Assembly (NCBI GenBank): GCA_012295275.1
Contig: CM022677.1
Coordinates: 22,258,001-22,322,000 of the forward strand
Length of the DNA: 64,000 nucleotides
Source: Chrysomallon squamiferum
Taxonomy: Eukaryota > Animalia > Mollusca
Direction: 5' to 3'
Positions 1 to 40,266 of this stretch are shown piece after piece. Every line of letters starts with the position of its first letter. The first letter of the stretch is position 1. The notes under the pieces are model-generated. The model did not search any database, was not told the origin of the DNA, and saw nothing but the letters and a program-made list of their open reading frames with translations. The position numbers and the translations under genes are program-made.

Positions 1-27006
<27,006 letters not shown>

Positions 27007-27496
27007 ACCAGTGACGTTTCACAATAATAGAATAGAAACACTTAACAATCAGACATTTGTTTTATTTGTGGTTAATTTCAACTAGAGATTAATACATATC
27101 ATTATGAATTTGTTTGACTAGTTTTTGTGCTTATGTTTCTGTTTTTGTGATAACTTTTATGATAATACTGAAGTATAAAATTTCCTTCATGTTACTAAGT
27201 CATACTTTTTGTTTGATAATTAAATTTCAGTTCTTGTTAAAACTTTAAAAATATAAATATCTCTTTGTTTTAAAGTTGGTTTTTAGTATTAAAGTATTGA
27301 AAAATCTACTTTTCATCAATTCACTCTCAGCAAAAAAGACGAAGAAGAAAAAAAATAAAATGTAACTGTCAAACTTGTTTACAAAAGGCATTCAGTATAA
27401 AACTTTCATTCTATTTTGATTCATTGATTGACTAAAACAATTATTTCTTACATTCACAACCTAGAACCTTACACAGATGTCTGCTACTACTGCTAG

Positions 27497-27558
<62 letters not shown>

Positions 27559-27957
27559 ATAATAATAATAAATAATAAATAAATAAATTAATAATCATGA
27601 TGTATTTAAGGTGTATAATACCTGATTATTTGTAGGAAGAAAAAACAAATAGTTTCTGTTTAGTCATTCAGTGCAATCATAAAAATGAGAAAGATTTGTA
27701 AAATGAGGTAAGTTAGATAGATCTTCTATTCATCTGTATATATTAATAAAATTCAAAAAATTATTAATTTGTATTGTGTTATCAAACACTTCTGTCTAAA
27801 CAAGCATTTCTGCATTATACATAAACATGCCAACACTTTTAAATTATGAAACAGTCGGCGTTCATCAATTTCAGAAAACCGCCATTTGTGCGGAAGAGAA
27901 AAAAGAAAAGAAAACTGATTGAGCTTGTCAGATATTTTGATATTTAGGTAGACCTCC

Positions 27958-28042
<85 letters not shown>

Positions 28043-28191
28043 AAATGAAAGAACTGGGTGAATTTTTTATATTAATTTGGATTTAAGAAAAAAATATTGA
28101 ACAAATTAACGAATATTTAAACCATCTAATTCAATTAATTTATATTAAATAAATAAATAAATAATATGTCCGATTGTTTTATCTTTGCTTT

Positions 28192-29507
28192 TTACACCAA
28201 GAAAATAGTTTTTATTTTACCGTTAAAGTTTCCCACATACAGTGTGTTTCCATGGCAACAGACAGACCAAGGTTTGCACAGATCATGGTGGTCAGTGATG
28301 ACGTCATCTAGAATCTTTCCATCTCGTGACAACTGAACAACACAATTTCTACCAAAATCACAGACAAAGATATTCCCCTCTCTGTCACATGTAACACCTG
28401 CCAAGTTTATCAGTCTGGCTGAATCACGTGACTCCCATTTGACGTCACCTGATGACGTCACGCAAAATAAACTGTTTACGTTTTCTCTCAGTGACACAAC
28501 AATCAGACATTCATCCTGAACTGTGAGACGCGACGGTCTGGGGATCAAATCTGTTGAGATAGAATGAATGAGCTGGCCACTGTCTGTCAGTATGTCCAAA
28601 TTCTGTGACCCAGTGACCGCGAGACGTTTGCCAGGTAATACAGCGATATACCTGTAGCTTGTATGAGTTGTGATCGTTTTGATCAGTTCAAAGTTTTCCA
28701 AATGTAAAAACAATATTTTGTTTTCAGCTGGCAGAACAGCAGCAACAACAGCTCCCTGCTCATCACGTGACTCAGCAAGACCCCATGGTTCAGAGACAGT
28801 TACATGTTTGTTTATTACTGATTGTCTTTCTAAACAGAAACATTTCACACATCTGTTGTTAAAATCACTAAAAACTATTTTATTATTGTCCGCACCTGAC
28901 ACGAGGAAGGAAAGCACACAAGGATTTAATTTATCTTCTTGTGTTTTTGTGTCAATGGCGTCTGTCTGGATCTCTGTGGACACTTCTCCAATGTGGACTG
29001 AAAAACCTTCTTTATCGTCAGATCTTGTCAGACGTATTTTAAAATCGGCTTTATTAAGTGCTGAGATAGACTGGGCCAAAAAATCGGAAGTTGTGCATTG
29101 AAGTTTGGTGAATTTTGAAATATTACTTTTAGCATCAAATTCCGATTGCCTTAGTAATAAATCTTCACCTAGTTTGATCATTTGTTCGTTTTTCTGAATC
29201 AGATGTTTGTGCTTAGTAAAAAGTTTATTTATTTCTGAGTTTACATACTTTTGACATTTTTCTATTTCTCTTATTAGCCTGTCTTGTTCTTTGTGGACAG
29301 CGTCTGAAAAATCAGTGATTAATTTGTTACCAATCCTTCTGACCTCTGCTGTAGTGTCCACGACGTTGATGTCGACGTCTTGCCGAAACTTTTTAATCTT
29401 ATCATGCATCTCTGTCTGAAGAATTTTTCTAAAGGTTTTCAGACTGTCAGTAATAGATCTCAAAAATGAAATGTGACCTCCCTTTCCAGCTGAAATAAAT
29501 AAATAAA

Positions 29508-29606
<99 letters not shown>

Positions 29607-29608
29607 TG

Positions 29609-29645
<37 letters not shown>

Positions 29646-30106
29646 TAAAAATAGAACGTCTATCATACTATTAATAATATATGACTAAATTACAAACTGA
29701 GTAGAAAAACTTTAGGGATAAATGATTCTGTATTTCTTTATGAATCTGCTACGATGTCTAATACACGATATAAACATTGTTAGTTAAATAATCATTGTAT
29801 ATAAACACAACACTGGTCACTCACAAAACTTTGAACGTTGCCTGTCATCAATAGAATCCACTAAAGCTATGTTTATAGGGAACTGATCTGTCCATGTTTC
29901 CACTGGTTTTGTTCTGTCTGGTATCTGAACATCTTGCATGCAATAAGGGCAGGTGATTTGTTTGTCGCTGTTTTGATAATATTCATTAATGTAATCTTGT
30001 AGACATTTCGTGCAACTCGAATGACCGCAAGAAAGAACTCGCGGTTTCAGGAATACATCCAAAGACAACAAGATTTCTGGTCATCTGAACTTGAGGCTTT
30101 TGCCAT
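28192..30106 (-). pseudogene. TRIM-like RING + coiled-coil + NHL-type beta-propeller gene, copy 1; apparent frameshift at the start of the RING
   Basis: Exons 30106-29825 and 29489-28192 are joined by a phase-1 intron (gtgagt...ttcag). The ATG frame reads MAKASSSDDQKSCCLWMYS*, while the rest of the RING (LDVFLKPRVLSCGHSSCTKC...CPYC) lies in another frame. Exon 2 is open, with a helical region and NHL-like motifs (GVTCDREGNIFVCDFGRNCVVQL). This could be an assembly indel rather than a true pseudogene. Confidence 0.75.
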
Positions 30107-30115
30107 ATCTGTTAA

Positions 30116-30181
<66 letters not shown>

Positions 30182-32176
30182 AAGAAGAAGAAGAAGAAGA
30201 AGAAGAAGAAGAAGAAGAAGAAGAAGAAGAACTATAACAACAACAACAACAGGAACAGCAACAGCAACACGAATTACAACAATAATAGTAAAAATAAGAG
30301 TTATATTAGTGGTGGTAATAAAGTGGTAACTGCCGTAGTAGTAGTTGTTGTATTTGTTGTTCTGTTTTTACCTCACTCTTTAACAGAAGTAATAGTCATG
30401 TTAATAATGCTTGTTGTTCCAGTAAGATTTGCTATATCGCAAGTCCTGCAGGGTAATTCGTCATACCACTGTTCCTGCCATTGCTAACTAACACGTTTTG
30501 TAAGCCGACCGTTGATTGTTAGACTCCACCTTCCTTTAAGCACTGGGGCACGTCTCTACGATCAACCCACATTTATTATGTTCAGACATTTGGTTAAAAA
30601 CATAAAGTAAATAAGACATTTTTATTTCAAAACAGTAGTAGTATCATCAGTAGTAATTTTACTAAATAAAGTTTGAGAATGGCATAGTAAATTTAAATTT
30701 ATAGTTACAAAGATTACTTATCAACAATACATTTTTATCTTTTCTCTTTAACATGAAAGAGAGAGGAGAGAGAGTTTTGTTTAAATAGAGAGAGATTACT
30801 AATACTACTATTACTACAACTGCTAATAGAGAGGTTTAAGACCACTACTAAGATCAATACCATTAAACTATTATTAGTACGACTTAAAACTGTTACAATT
30901 TTGACCAGGTTGGATGTTTTCTAACAAAGAGATGACAATCAGGCTGCTAGTGTTGCTGTGGAAACCAGATTTCAGTTCTACTGTTGAGACAAAGACACAA
31001 ATGCAATATCTAATATACCATGTTTGAAAGTTACTTTGACCATCCTGTTGGTGATGAAGATAAAATCCTCAGGTGAGGTAATGTCAGTTTGAGACTGTAT
31101 CCTGTTACTACTTTGTAAATTGTTACTCTAACTATTAATTACTTGCTGTCTGCTACTAAGTTACAAAGATTACTACTAATGTTATCAACAATACACTGCT
31201 GTTGGTGTTAGTTTTTATCTTTTTCAACTCATTTGTTTAATTTAACATTTGAAACAGCCAGGTCATTTGTTTTGTTTAAATATTTGTTTACTGTTTATAA
31301 GTTATCTGTGTTCGTGTATAATACTACTATTACTACAACTGCTAACAAAGTTTACTTACTGTTGCTTAGAGATAAACTGTACAAAGTCAACATTATGTAT
31401 GTGTATGTGTGTGTGTGTAGGTTTTTGTGTGTGTGTGTGTATAAACTATTTTTGTATCTCGCACATCACATATAATGTCAAACACATATTATCACACACA
31501 AACACACGCACATATACAGACAGACATACAGACACACACATAATAATAATGAAAATAAAATATAAAAATAGCGTATTAACACTGACACTTAGAAGAAACC
31601 TTTACTCGCGAGTAACTCTTTGTTCAGATAGACAAACGTCACACGGATAAAAGATAACAGAAATTCAGCTGTGAAAGAAAGAAAGAAAGAAGTCATCTGC
31701 TAAAATTCACATTTACAATAAAATGTGGCGCGTTGGTAAGTAACTACTTGTTAAACTATTTACCTGTATACCTAGACCTAGACACAAACATGTATTTTTA
31801 CATGACACACACACACGCACACATACATACATACATACATACACACAAAGTTAGACACACACACACACACATACATACATACATACATACACACAGAGTT
31901 ACACACACACACACACGCACACACACACATATATATACATCAGACACAGAAACATACACAGACATATATATATACGTATACGCTGAATGTTTGCTCGTTT
32001 AAATGAGAGATACAAATAATTGCTTCAACATTCTATAATTGCTGTAACGTTGACATTGGAACAATGATGAAGGAGCAATATTTTAGCTTACAAAAGTTTC
32101 ACAAATGAGTTCAGTACATTTCACTAACAGTGATTACCTGAGACGTTCTGGAATAGTTTCTGAAGTAAATTCAGAA

Positions 32177-33375
32177 ATGGTTTTGCATTTCTGGAGAAGT
32201 ACGTTTGTGCAGATTCCTGAATGCTTTTGTACATAATTTTAAAATGTTAATTAATTGTGCTCCGTTTCAGGTAATTTATTTTATTTTGCTGCTTTTCTCA
32301 GCTGTATGGTTGTCATACGTTCAGGTATAGTTTGTCTTTCTGTCTCTCTAAAACTGTGTCTGTCTATATAGTTTATCTGTCTCTTTAAAACTGTGTCTGT
32401 CTATTTTACTATTTGTGTGTGCATCAATCGCTTTATCAATTTGAATTATTTTTTTTATTCATTAAAAACAGAGAAAATAAATAAATAAATAAAAAATGTA
32501 TAAGGTATAACACACTTGCTTCTTTTATTTATTTACCTGTTTAAACATGGTTTATGTATAAAACAAATCTGAGAAAAAGCAAAAAGAATATGTATATATA
32601 TACACACACACACATACACACATACATATTTCTGCTTTGGAGAAAATATTTTTTTATTTATTTATCTTTTTCTGTTTTGATCTTTACTAAATAACTTTGA
32701 AATCACATTTTTTGTTTGTTTTTAAATTAATTATTATTATCGGCTCTGTGAACATTGTTCATTATTAATTGTTAATGTGGCCGAAAATTACACGGAACGG
32801 TAAGCAATTTCGTTAGATCATGGAGGCTGCCATATGGGATGACGTCACGATAATGGCGGCCGTTGACTGATCGGCATGGTGCACCGGCAGCTTGTGAAAA
32901 ACTACGCATGGTGCTTATCACGTGACAGACCGAAGATCTACAGTCTACTGCGCAGATTAGCGGCGGACATCGCGTTCTGGGAGAAGTTAATCTGGGACAC
33001 TGAACAGCTGTGAAATGTTTAACCTTTGATAGCGTTAAATAAATTAAAAAAAATATATTTGGCGTTTATCTCGTTTTGGAATTATGGTCGTCGTATATAA
33101 CTAGATACACATTTGTATTTGTACATACATCTAGCCATTATTTGTTATTTTATTGTTATTGTTTTTGTTTTTGTTACTGTTACTATTATTATGATTATGT
33201 TTATGATGATTATTGATATTATTATTATTATCATCATCATCATTGTCTACATTATAATCATTTTCCGTTTACACATTTTTTTAAATATCGTTTTTTTTCC
33301 CTTTTTTCTTTACTTATTTCAGGTTTGTTTCATTTATTTATTATTTTTTTTAATTATATGTGTTAACTTTGTTTT

Positions 33376-33411
<36 letters not shown>

Positions 33412-36037
33412 TTTTTCAGATGAAGTAATTACAGACAGCTGTAAGGTTTGTACTAATACGTTAATGCTTTGAAAAAAGTTTAAAGTGCATCTGTACTCTG
33501 CACTGAAGTCAATAAAACGTTTCTAACAATAAATTCATGCACATAAATAGAAAGCGCGGGGACAGACAGACAGAGAGACAGACAGATACACTGAAATGGA
33601 CTGACCGAGAAGAGATATTTGTTTTATATAATTTATTGTATATGTTTTATTACTTAAGCTTTTCAATTTATATATATATTGGTTATTTATTTATTTCAAA
33701 TTATTATTGCTATTATTATTATTATTGTTGTTGTTGTTGTTGTTGTTATTATTGTTGTTGTTTTCAATGCAGACAACGGAATGTTCACAGGACCATGTTT
33801 GTATTGAAAAGCCTATTTTCTGTAAGATGGGACCGTGTCCACCGATTGTCAAGTGTGTCGGTAAATATGTCTGTCTGTGCGTCTAAACACTTCTTATCTG
33901 TGTGACGTATATGTACGTGCATTTGTGACGTATGTGTACGTGCATGTGTGACGTATATGTACGTGCATGTGTGACGTATGTGTACGTGCATGTGTGACGT
34001 ATGTGTACGTGCATGTGTGACGTATCTGACGTGCATGTGTGACGTATGTGTACGTGCATGTGTGACGTATGAGTACGTGCATGTGTGATGTATGTGTACG
34101 TGCATGTGTACGTGTATGTGTGACGTATATGTGTACGTGCATGTGTGACGTATGTGTACGTGTATGTGTACGTGCATGTGTGATGTATGTGTACGTGTAT
34201 GTGTACGTGCATATGTGACGTATGTGTACGTGCATGTGTGATGTATGTGTACGTGCATGTGTGACGTATGTGTACGTGCATGTGTGATGTATGGGTACGT
34301 GTATGTGTACGTTCATGTGTGACGTATATGTACGTGCATGTGTGATTATGTGTACGTGCATGTGTGATGTATGTGTACGTGCATGTGTGACGTATGTGTA
34401 CGTGTATGTGTACGTGCATGTGTGACGTATGTGTACGTGCATGTGTGATGTATGTGTACGTGTATGTGTACGTGCATCTGTGACGTATGTGTACGTGCAT
34501 GTGTGATGTATGTGTACATGTATGTGTACGTGTATGTGTACGTGCATGTGTGACGTATGTGTACGTGCATGTGTGACGTATGTGTACGTGCATGTGTTTT
34601 GTATGTGTACGTGCATGTGTGATGTATGTGTACGTGCATGTGTGACGTATGTGTACGTGCATGTGTGACGTATGTGTACGTGCATGTGTGATGTACGTGT
34701 ACGTGCCTGTGTGATGTATGTGTACGTGCATGTGTGACGTATGTGTACGTGCATGTGTGATGTACGTGTACGTGCCTGTGTGATGTATGTGTACGTGCAT
34801 ATCACTGAACACACGCACCAGTTCACTGAAACAGCGCATACCTTTCGACCTCTACGTGTGACTGTGTTTGTGTCTCTGTGTGTGTCTGTGTGTGTGTGCC
34901 TGTCTGTGTATGGCTGTGTGCGTGTATGTACGTGTGTGTGTGTGTGTGTGTGAGACGTTGTCTTGCAGACCTACCTGTAATGTCGTCTGTCTTCGGAAAG
35001 CTGGTGAATTGTTGTCATACGTTCGAGTCTCGTCACCAGCAGTTCACGTTTGACTACATGAGCCAGGGCTTTCCTGAACACTGTCGACATGAGCCAGTTC
35101 TGTCCTGAACACTGTCTACATGAGCCAGTTCTGTCCTGAACACTGTCTACATGAGCCAGTTCTGTCCTGAACACTGTCTACATGAGCCAGTTCTGTCCTG
35201 AACACTGTCTACATGAACCAGTTCTGTCCTGAACACTGTCTACATGAGCCAGTTCTGTCCTGAACACTGTCTACACGAGCCAGTTCTGTCCTGAACACTG
35301 TCTACATGAACCAGTTCTGTCCTGAACACTGTCTACATGAGCCAGTTCTGTCCTGAACACTGTCTACATGAACCAGTTCTGTCCTGAACACTGTCTACAT
35401 GAGCCAGTTCTGTCCTGAACACTGTCTACATGAGCCAGTTCTGTCCTGAACACTGTCTACATGAGCCAGTTCTGTCCTGAACACGGTCTACATGAGCCAG
35501 TTCTGTCCTGAACACTGACTACATGAGCCAGTTCTGTCCTGAACACTGTCTACATGAGCCAGTTCTGTCCTGAATACTGTCTACTGTGCCCTGTCTACAG
35601 ACATATAAGACAGAGAATATTTAATCCTAAATACGTGTCCGTATGTACGTACGTATGTATGTATGTATGCGTATATGTATATATATTTCTATGTGTGTAT
35701 GTATATATGTATATGTGTATGTATGTATGTATGTGTGTATTTGTTTGTATGTGTGTATGTATGTATGTATGCATGTATGTGTGTGTATATATGTATACAT
35801 GTGTGTGCATGTATGTTTGTTTATTTGTATGTATGTATGTATGTTTGTTTGTTTGTTTGTACGTATATATGCTTATATTCCCTTTTCTTTTTCTCAGATA
35901 AAACCGATCATCTTTGTTATATACACAACCCTTGTCAAAATGGCGGAACCTGCCACAACACAGAGGACGGTGTGTACTACTGCGCATGCTCAGGTCTTTA
36001 CGGCGGACGATTCTGCGAGCAAATGGTTCTGGGATAA
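32177..36037 (+). CDS. Small secreted Cys-rich protein (109 aa): signal peptide + 6-Cys module + one EGF-like domain
   Basis: Exons 32177-32198, 32271-32324, 33420-33445, 33773-33860 and 35898-36037 have compatible phases (330 nt). Protein: MVLHFWRSNLFYFAAFLSCMVVIRS DEVITDSCKTTECSQDHVCIEKPIFCKMGPCPPIVKCV DKTDHLCYIHNPCQNGGTCHNTEDGVYYCACSGLYGGRFCEQMVLG*. The EGF exon is very clear; the first two exons are less certain. Confidence 0.8.
33899..34800. repeat. 23-bp minisatellite (with 12-bp sub-repeats) in an intron of the EGF gene
   Basis: Unit atgtgtgacgtatgtgtacgtgc. It generates the His/Thr pseudo-ORFs. Confidence 0.95.
35057..35583. repeat. 31-bp minisatellite, ~17 copies
   Basis: Unit catgagccagttctgtcctgaacactgtcta, head-to-tail with no spacers. 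Confidence 0.95.
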
Positions 36038-36610
36038 ACGAATGGAAAATACTGAAATGAAACCATAGCAACGAAATGTGTCCTTCTTTGTTTTTAAAGT
36101 GTAACCAAAACGTAATAATTTTATGTTAATAATTAATTACGTCATCAATGTCGTTGTCATCACGACCATTATCATTACGATTATTTCAACACAACTCAGT
36201 GAGTGACTGGTTGAGTACTGAATTAAATAGTTCAACAGTTTTAAGATGTCACTTCTTTAACACAACAAGCTGATTTTACAATCTGTGCAGTTTTCACCAT
36301 TCACTCTCAGAGACTAAAACAGACTTCTTTATGACATTCAGTTAGGTAATGGGATTAGTAGCTGAAATAAAAAAAAATAAAAAAAATAAAATAAAAAGTA
36401 AAATAAAATTGTCTTTTACATTCGTAACTGGTATTGGCTAATCAAAATAAAAAAACCTTTTATTTATTTATTTAAGTTATATCGAGGTAACAAAACCAGC
36501 AATAAAAAATAAATAAATAAATAAAACCACTAACTGTTATGAATATTTGTATCGCTTCTGTCACAACACAAACATTTGAAACTAATAACTTTTCTACACG
36601 TTATTTTGTT

Positions 36611-36656
<46 letters not shown>

Positions 36657-36832
36657 GTTGTAGATATTTGTACATTCTCAGGGTCAAAATTCTATACAGA
36701 CTGAGTCTTTGTGTCTTATTTATTTATTTACTTATTTATTGTATTTATTATTATTATATTATTTTTGCTATTATTATTGTTGTTGTTGTCAATATACTTT
36801 TTAATAATAAAGTATGTTATTAATATAATTGT

Positions 36833-36923
<91 letters not shown>

Positions 36924-37198
36924 AAATGATAAAACTGGGTGAAATTTGTTTCTGTAAATTTAAATTTATTATTTTTTTTTTAGTAAGTTGAAACGATAAA
37001 GTAATTCAAAAGAAAAAAGTAATTGGTAATAAATAAATAAATAAATAAATAAAGGAGGGAAATAAAAAATAACAAAATAAATGTATTACTTTACAGGAAA
37101 TAAAGAACTGATTTCAGTTCGTGTAAAGTAAGAAATGTCTGCCGACTTTCAACTTCAAAACAGTTAAATTGAAACTAACATGGCAGACAGTTTGACGT

Positions 37199-38190
37199 TT
37201 ACTTTTTACAACAAGTAAACACTTTTATTTCTTCATTGTTGAACTCAGTCACGTACAGTTTGTTTTATCAGACAGACAAAGGTCCGGACAGTCCATCCTC
37301 TTCAGTGTCGTAGAAGTTTTCCGTCACAATTTCTATCACAATCACAAACAAAAATATTCCCATCCTGTTACATGCATCGCCTGTTAATCTGCTCAGGCTG
37401 GGTGAATCACGTGACTACCATTTGACGTCACCTGATGGCGTCACACAAAATAAACTGTTTACGTTTTCTCTCTCTGACAAAACAATCAGACATTGATCCT
37501 GAACTGTGAGACACGACGGTCTGGGGATCAAACCTGCTGAGATGGAATTAAGTAGCTGACCATTGTCTGTGAGAATGTCCATGCATTGACCAGTATATGA
37601 CCAGTCACATCCAGTGACCGCCAGATAAATGTAGGGTAACACAGTGATAAACAAATACTGTTTATCGGTTTTAATTGTTTCGTTAAGTTTGAAGTTTTCC
37701 AAATTTAAAAACTATATTTTATTGTCACCAGCCAGAACAACAACAACATCCTGCTGATCACGTGATACAGCAAGACCGCATGGTGGACAGGAAGTTGGAT
37801 GTTTGTTTATTTCTGATCTTCTTTCTAAACGAAAACATTGTACAGATCGCTTCATAAAATCACTAAAAACAATTTTACTGTTGTCCTCATCTGACACCAG
37901 CATGGGAAACAGCCAAGGATTTCATTCATCTGCCTGTGTGTTTGAGTACGTTTGTCAGTCTGCCTATTTGTGTGTCTGTTTCGATGGCTGTGGAAATTTC
38001 TCCAATGTGGACATATATTTCTTTCTTTTTATCAGATTTAAAGTCAACTTTATCAATTTTTGGAAAAGACTGTGCCAAAAACTGAGAAGTTGTGTTTTGA
38101 AGTTTGGTGAATTGTGGAATATTAACTTTGACTCGGATTCACTTTGTAACAAATCTTCTGCAATTTTGATAATTTTTTCGTTTTCGATCC
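37199..38190 (-). pseudogene. Decayed TRIM-like/NHL paralog (copy 3), no RING exon seen
   Basis: Fragments IENEKIIKIAEDLLQ, DNSKIVFSDF and LIPRPSCLTVQDQCLIVLSERENVNSLFCVTPSGDVKW* align to copy 1. It has in-frame stops (~37712, ~37415), frameshifts and deletions. Confidence 0.85.
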
Positions 38191-38636
38191 GATGTGTGTG
38201 TGTTCTTGTGCGTGTGCTTGTGCGTAGAAAGAACAACAACAAAACAAATAAAAAAATAAATAATAATAATAATAATAATAATAATCACCATCACCATCAT
38301 TTTTAATAATCACAGATAAAATACTTCGTGGGCAAAAGTATCGAATGTAACACTGGGTACAGAGAAAATACTTCATTTAATTATTTAATGTATTTTAAAA
38401 TACGTGAAATAGTATTTAAATAATAATAATAATAATAATAATAATAATCATAATCATAGTAATGAAAAATAGTAATAATACGTATTTAAAAGCCTGGTCT
38501 AAATCATAATCCGCCCATTAAGATTTATACACATACACACATAAGAGAGAGTGTCTGTCTGTGAGTGTGTGTGTCAGACAGACATTAATGTAGTATTATA
38601 ATTAACATCATTGTTTTTCTTCTTCTTCTTCACATG

Positions 38637-38781
<145 letters not shown>

Positions 38782-39966
38782 TGTGTTCTGTCATTGCTTT
38801 AGTTTCTTCAGAGGATGTAATAACCGGCAGCGTGTCTCTTAACATGACTCTGAGTATTTCTTCTTCCCTGTCAATAAAAGGACACATGTGTCCATCATCT
38901 CGACTTTTGTTCAATCAGAGTGCAGATTGTAATCACGTAAGACAGATAATATTGATACTAAATATATTCCCAACACTTGAAAACAATGATGAAAGACAAT
39001 GAAAGGAGTGCAGAGTTGGAACTGGTAATTAACCTGGGTCACTGAGTAAAGACCGCGTCAGTGGCAAAATTGTTACATTTGGAAAGGGATAGCAAAAAAT
39101 GTCCGGTGAAGTAATAGTAGTAGTAGTTGTAGTAGTAGTAGTAGTAGTAGTAGTAGTATAGAAAAAACTCTTCTCTGTGTGTGTATTTGTGTGTAACTAA
39201 TACACGTTACTGAGACTGAAAGCTGTGTTGTTTGACAGATGGTCAAACATTTGTTAAACTTCTAACAATTTCTCAACTTCTATCATTGTTGCCATAACTC
39301 TACTATATCTGCTACAACCACAGCAGCTTATCCTGCAATAACAACAAATGTTACTACTACAACAACAAGAGCTACTACTGCTACTACGTGTTCTCTAGCA
39401 GGCCTACAACTACACTGTCACTGTAACTGTGACTGTAGTAGTTTTGTAAGTGGAAAGTGGTGGAAGGTTTCAGTCTACAGTGATCAGCAGTCAGTGCTTC
39501 ATCTGCCTCAAGATGTTCCAGAATGTTCACAGTTTTCTGTTCTAAAGCAACACGTGTTTTACACAAACATACAATAACTGGCTAATGGAACTTTGTCATT
39601 CACTTTTTAGGCAGTTCATAATCTCAGTCCAGTTTAACACAGTTACATCTGCTATTGGTAGAGGTGTGAGGGTTTAAAATGTCTTGATTAACTTTTTCTT
39701 ACAAACTTGACAGATTGATTGAGTATTTTCAGATTCACATGTTAATAAATAATGAAAGAAAATAAATATTGAAATAAACATATGAAATTTTATTGCAACC
39801 TAATTCATAAAGAAATAAATTTTAGAAAATCAAAAAGAAATATATAAAATGCATTATATTTTTTTCTCATATGCACCACTATATATTTAAAAGCTGTGTG
39901 TGCGTGTTTGTGTGTGTTTATTTGAGTGTGTTTTAGAAACAAGTTTTACTTTGATCAAATATTTAT

Positions 39967-40231
39967 TTAGTAATGATGTTTATGTTTCTGTTCACACACA
40001 AATCCATATAGCCAGTGGCACTTTTCGTCATTCCATCGATAATTCCTTCGTTTTGAGATATGAACGCATTGCTCGCCCCCAGCATTATTGTTTGGCTCGC
40101 CTGGATTCCAGTTTGAGTATGAAAGAGGTTTTCTCGACATCCACTCAAAAGTACCACTCTGTATGCTGCTAGCTCCGATCCAGTAATCTGCTGTTAATAC
40201 AAAGCAATAAAATATCAGATAATCATATAGG

Positions 40232-40266
<35 letters not shown>

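Noticed and set aside
28670-29101. Plus-strand ORFs over the TRIM-like genes (also 37803-38306 and 50802-51434)
   Set aside because: They are antisense shadows of the minus-strand coding exons.
33785-34839. Long His/Thr-rich ORFs up to 318 aa
   Set aside because: Stop-free readings of a 23-bp intronic minisatellite that is open in several frames.
35057-35583. 31-bp repeat as a CRISPR array
   Set aside because: No unique spacers, eukaryotic intron context and no cas genes.
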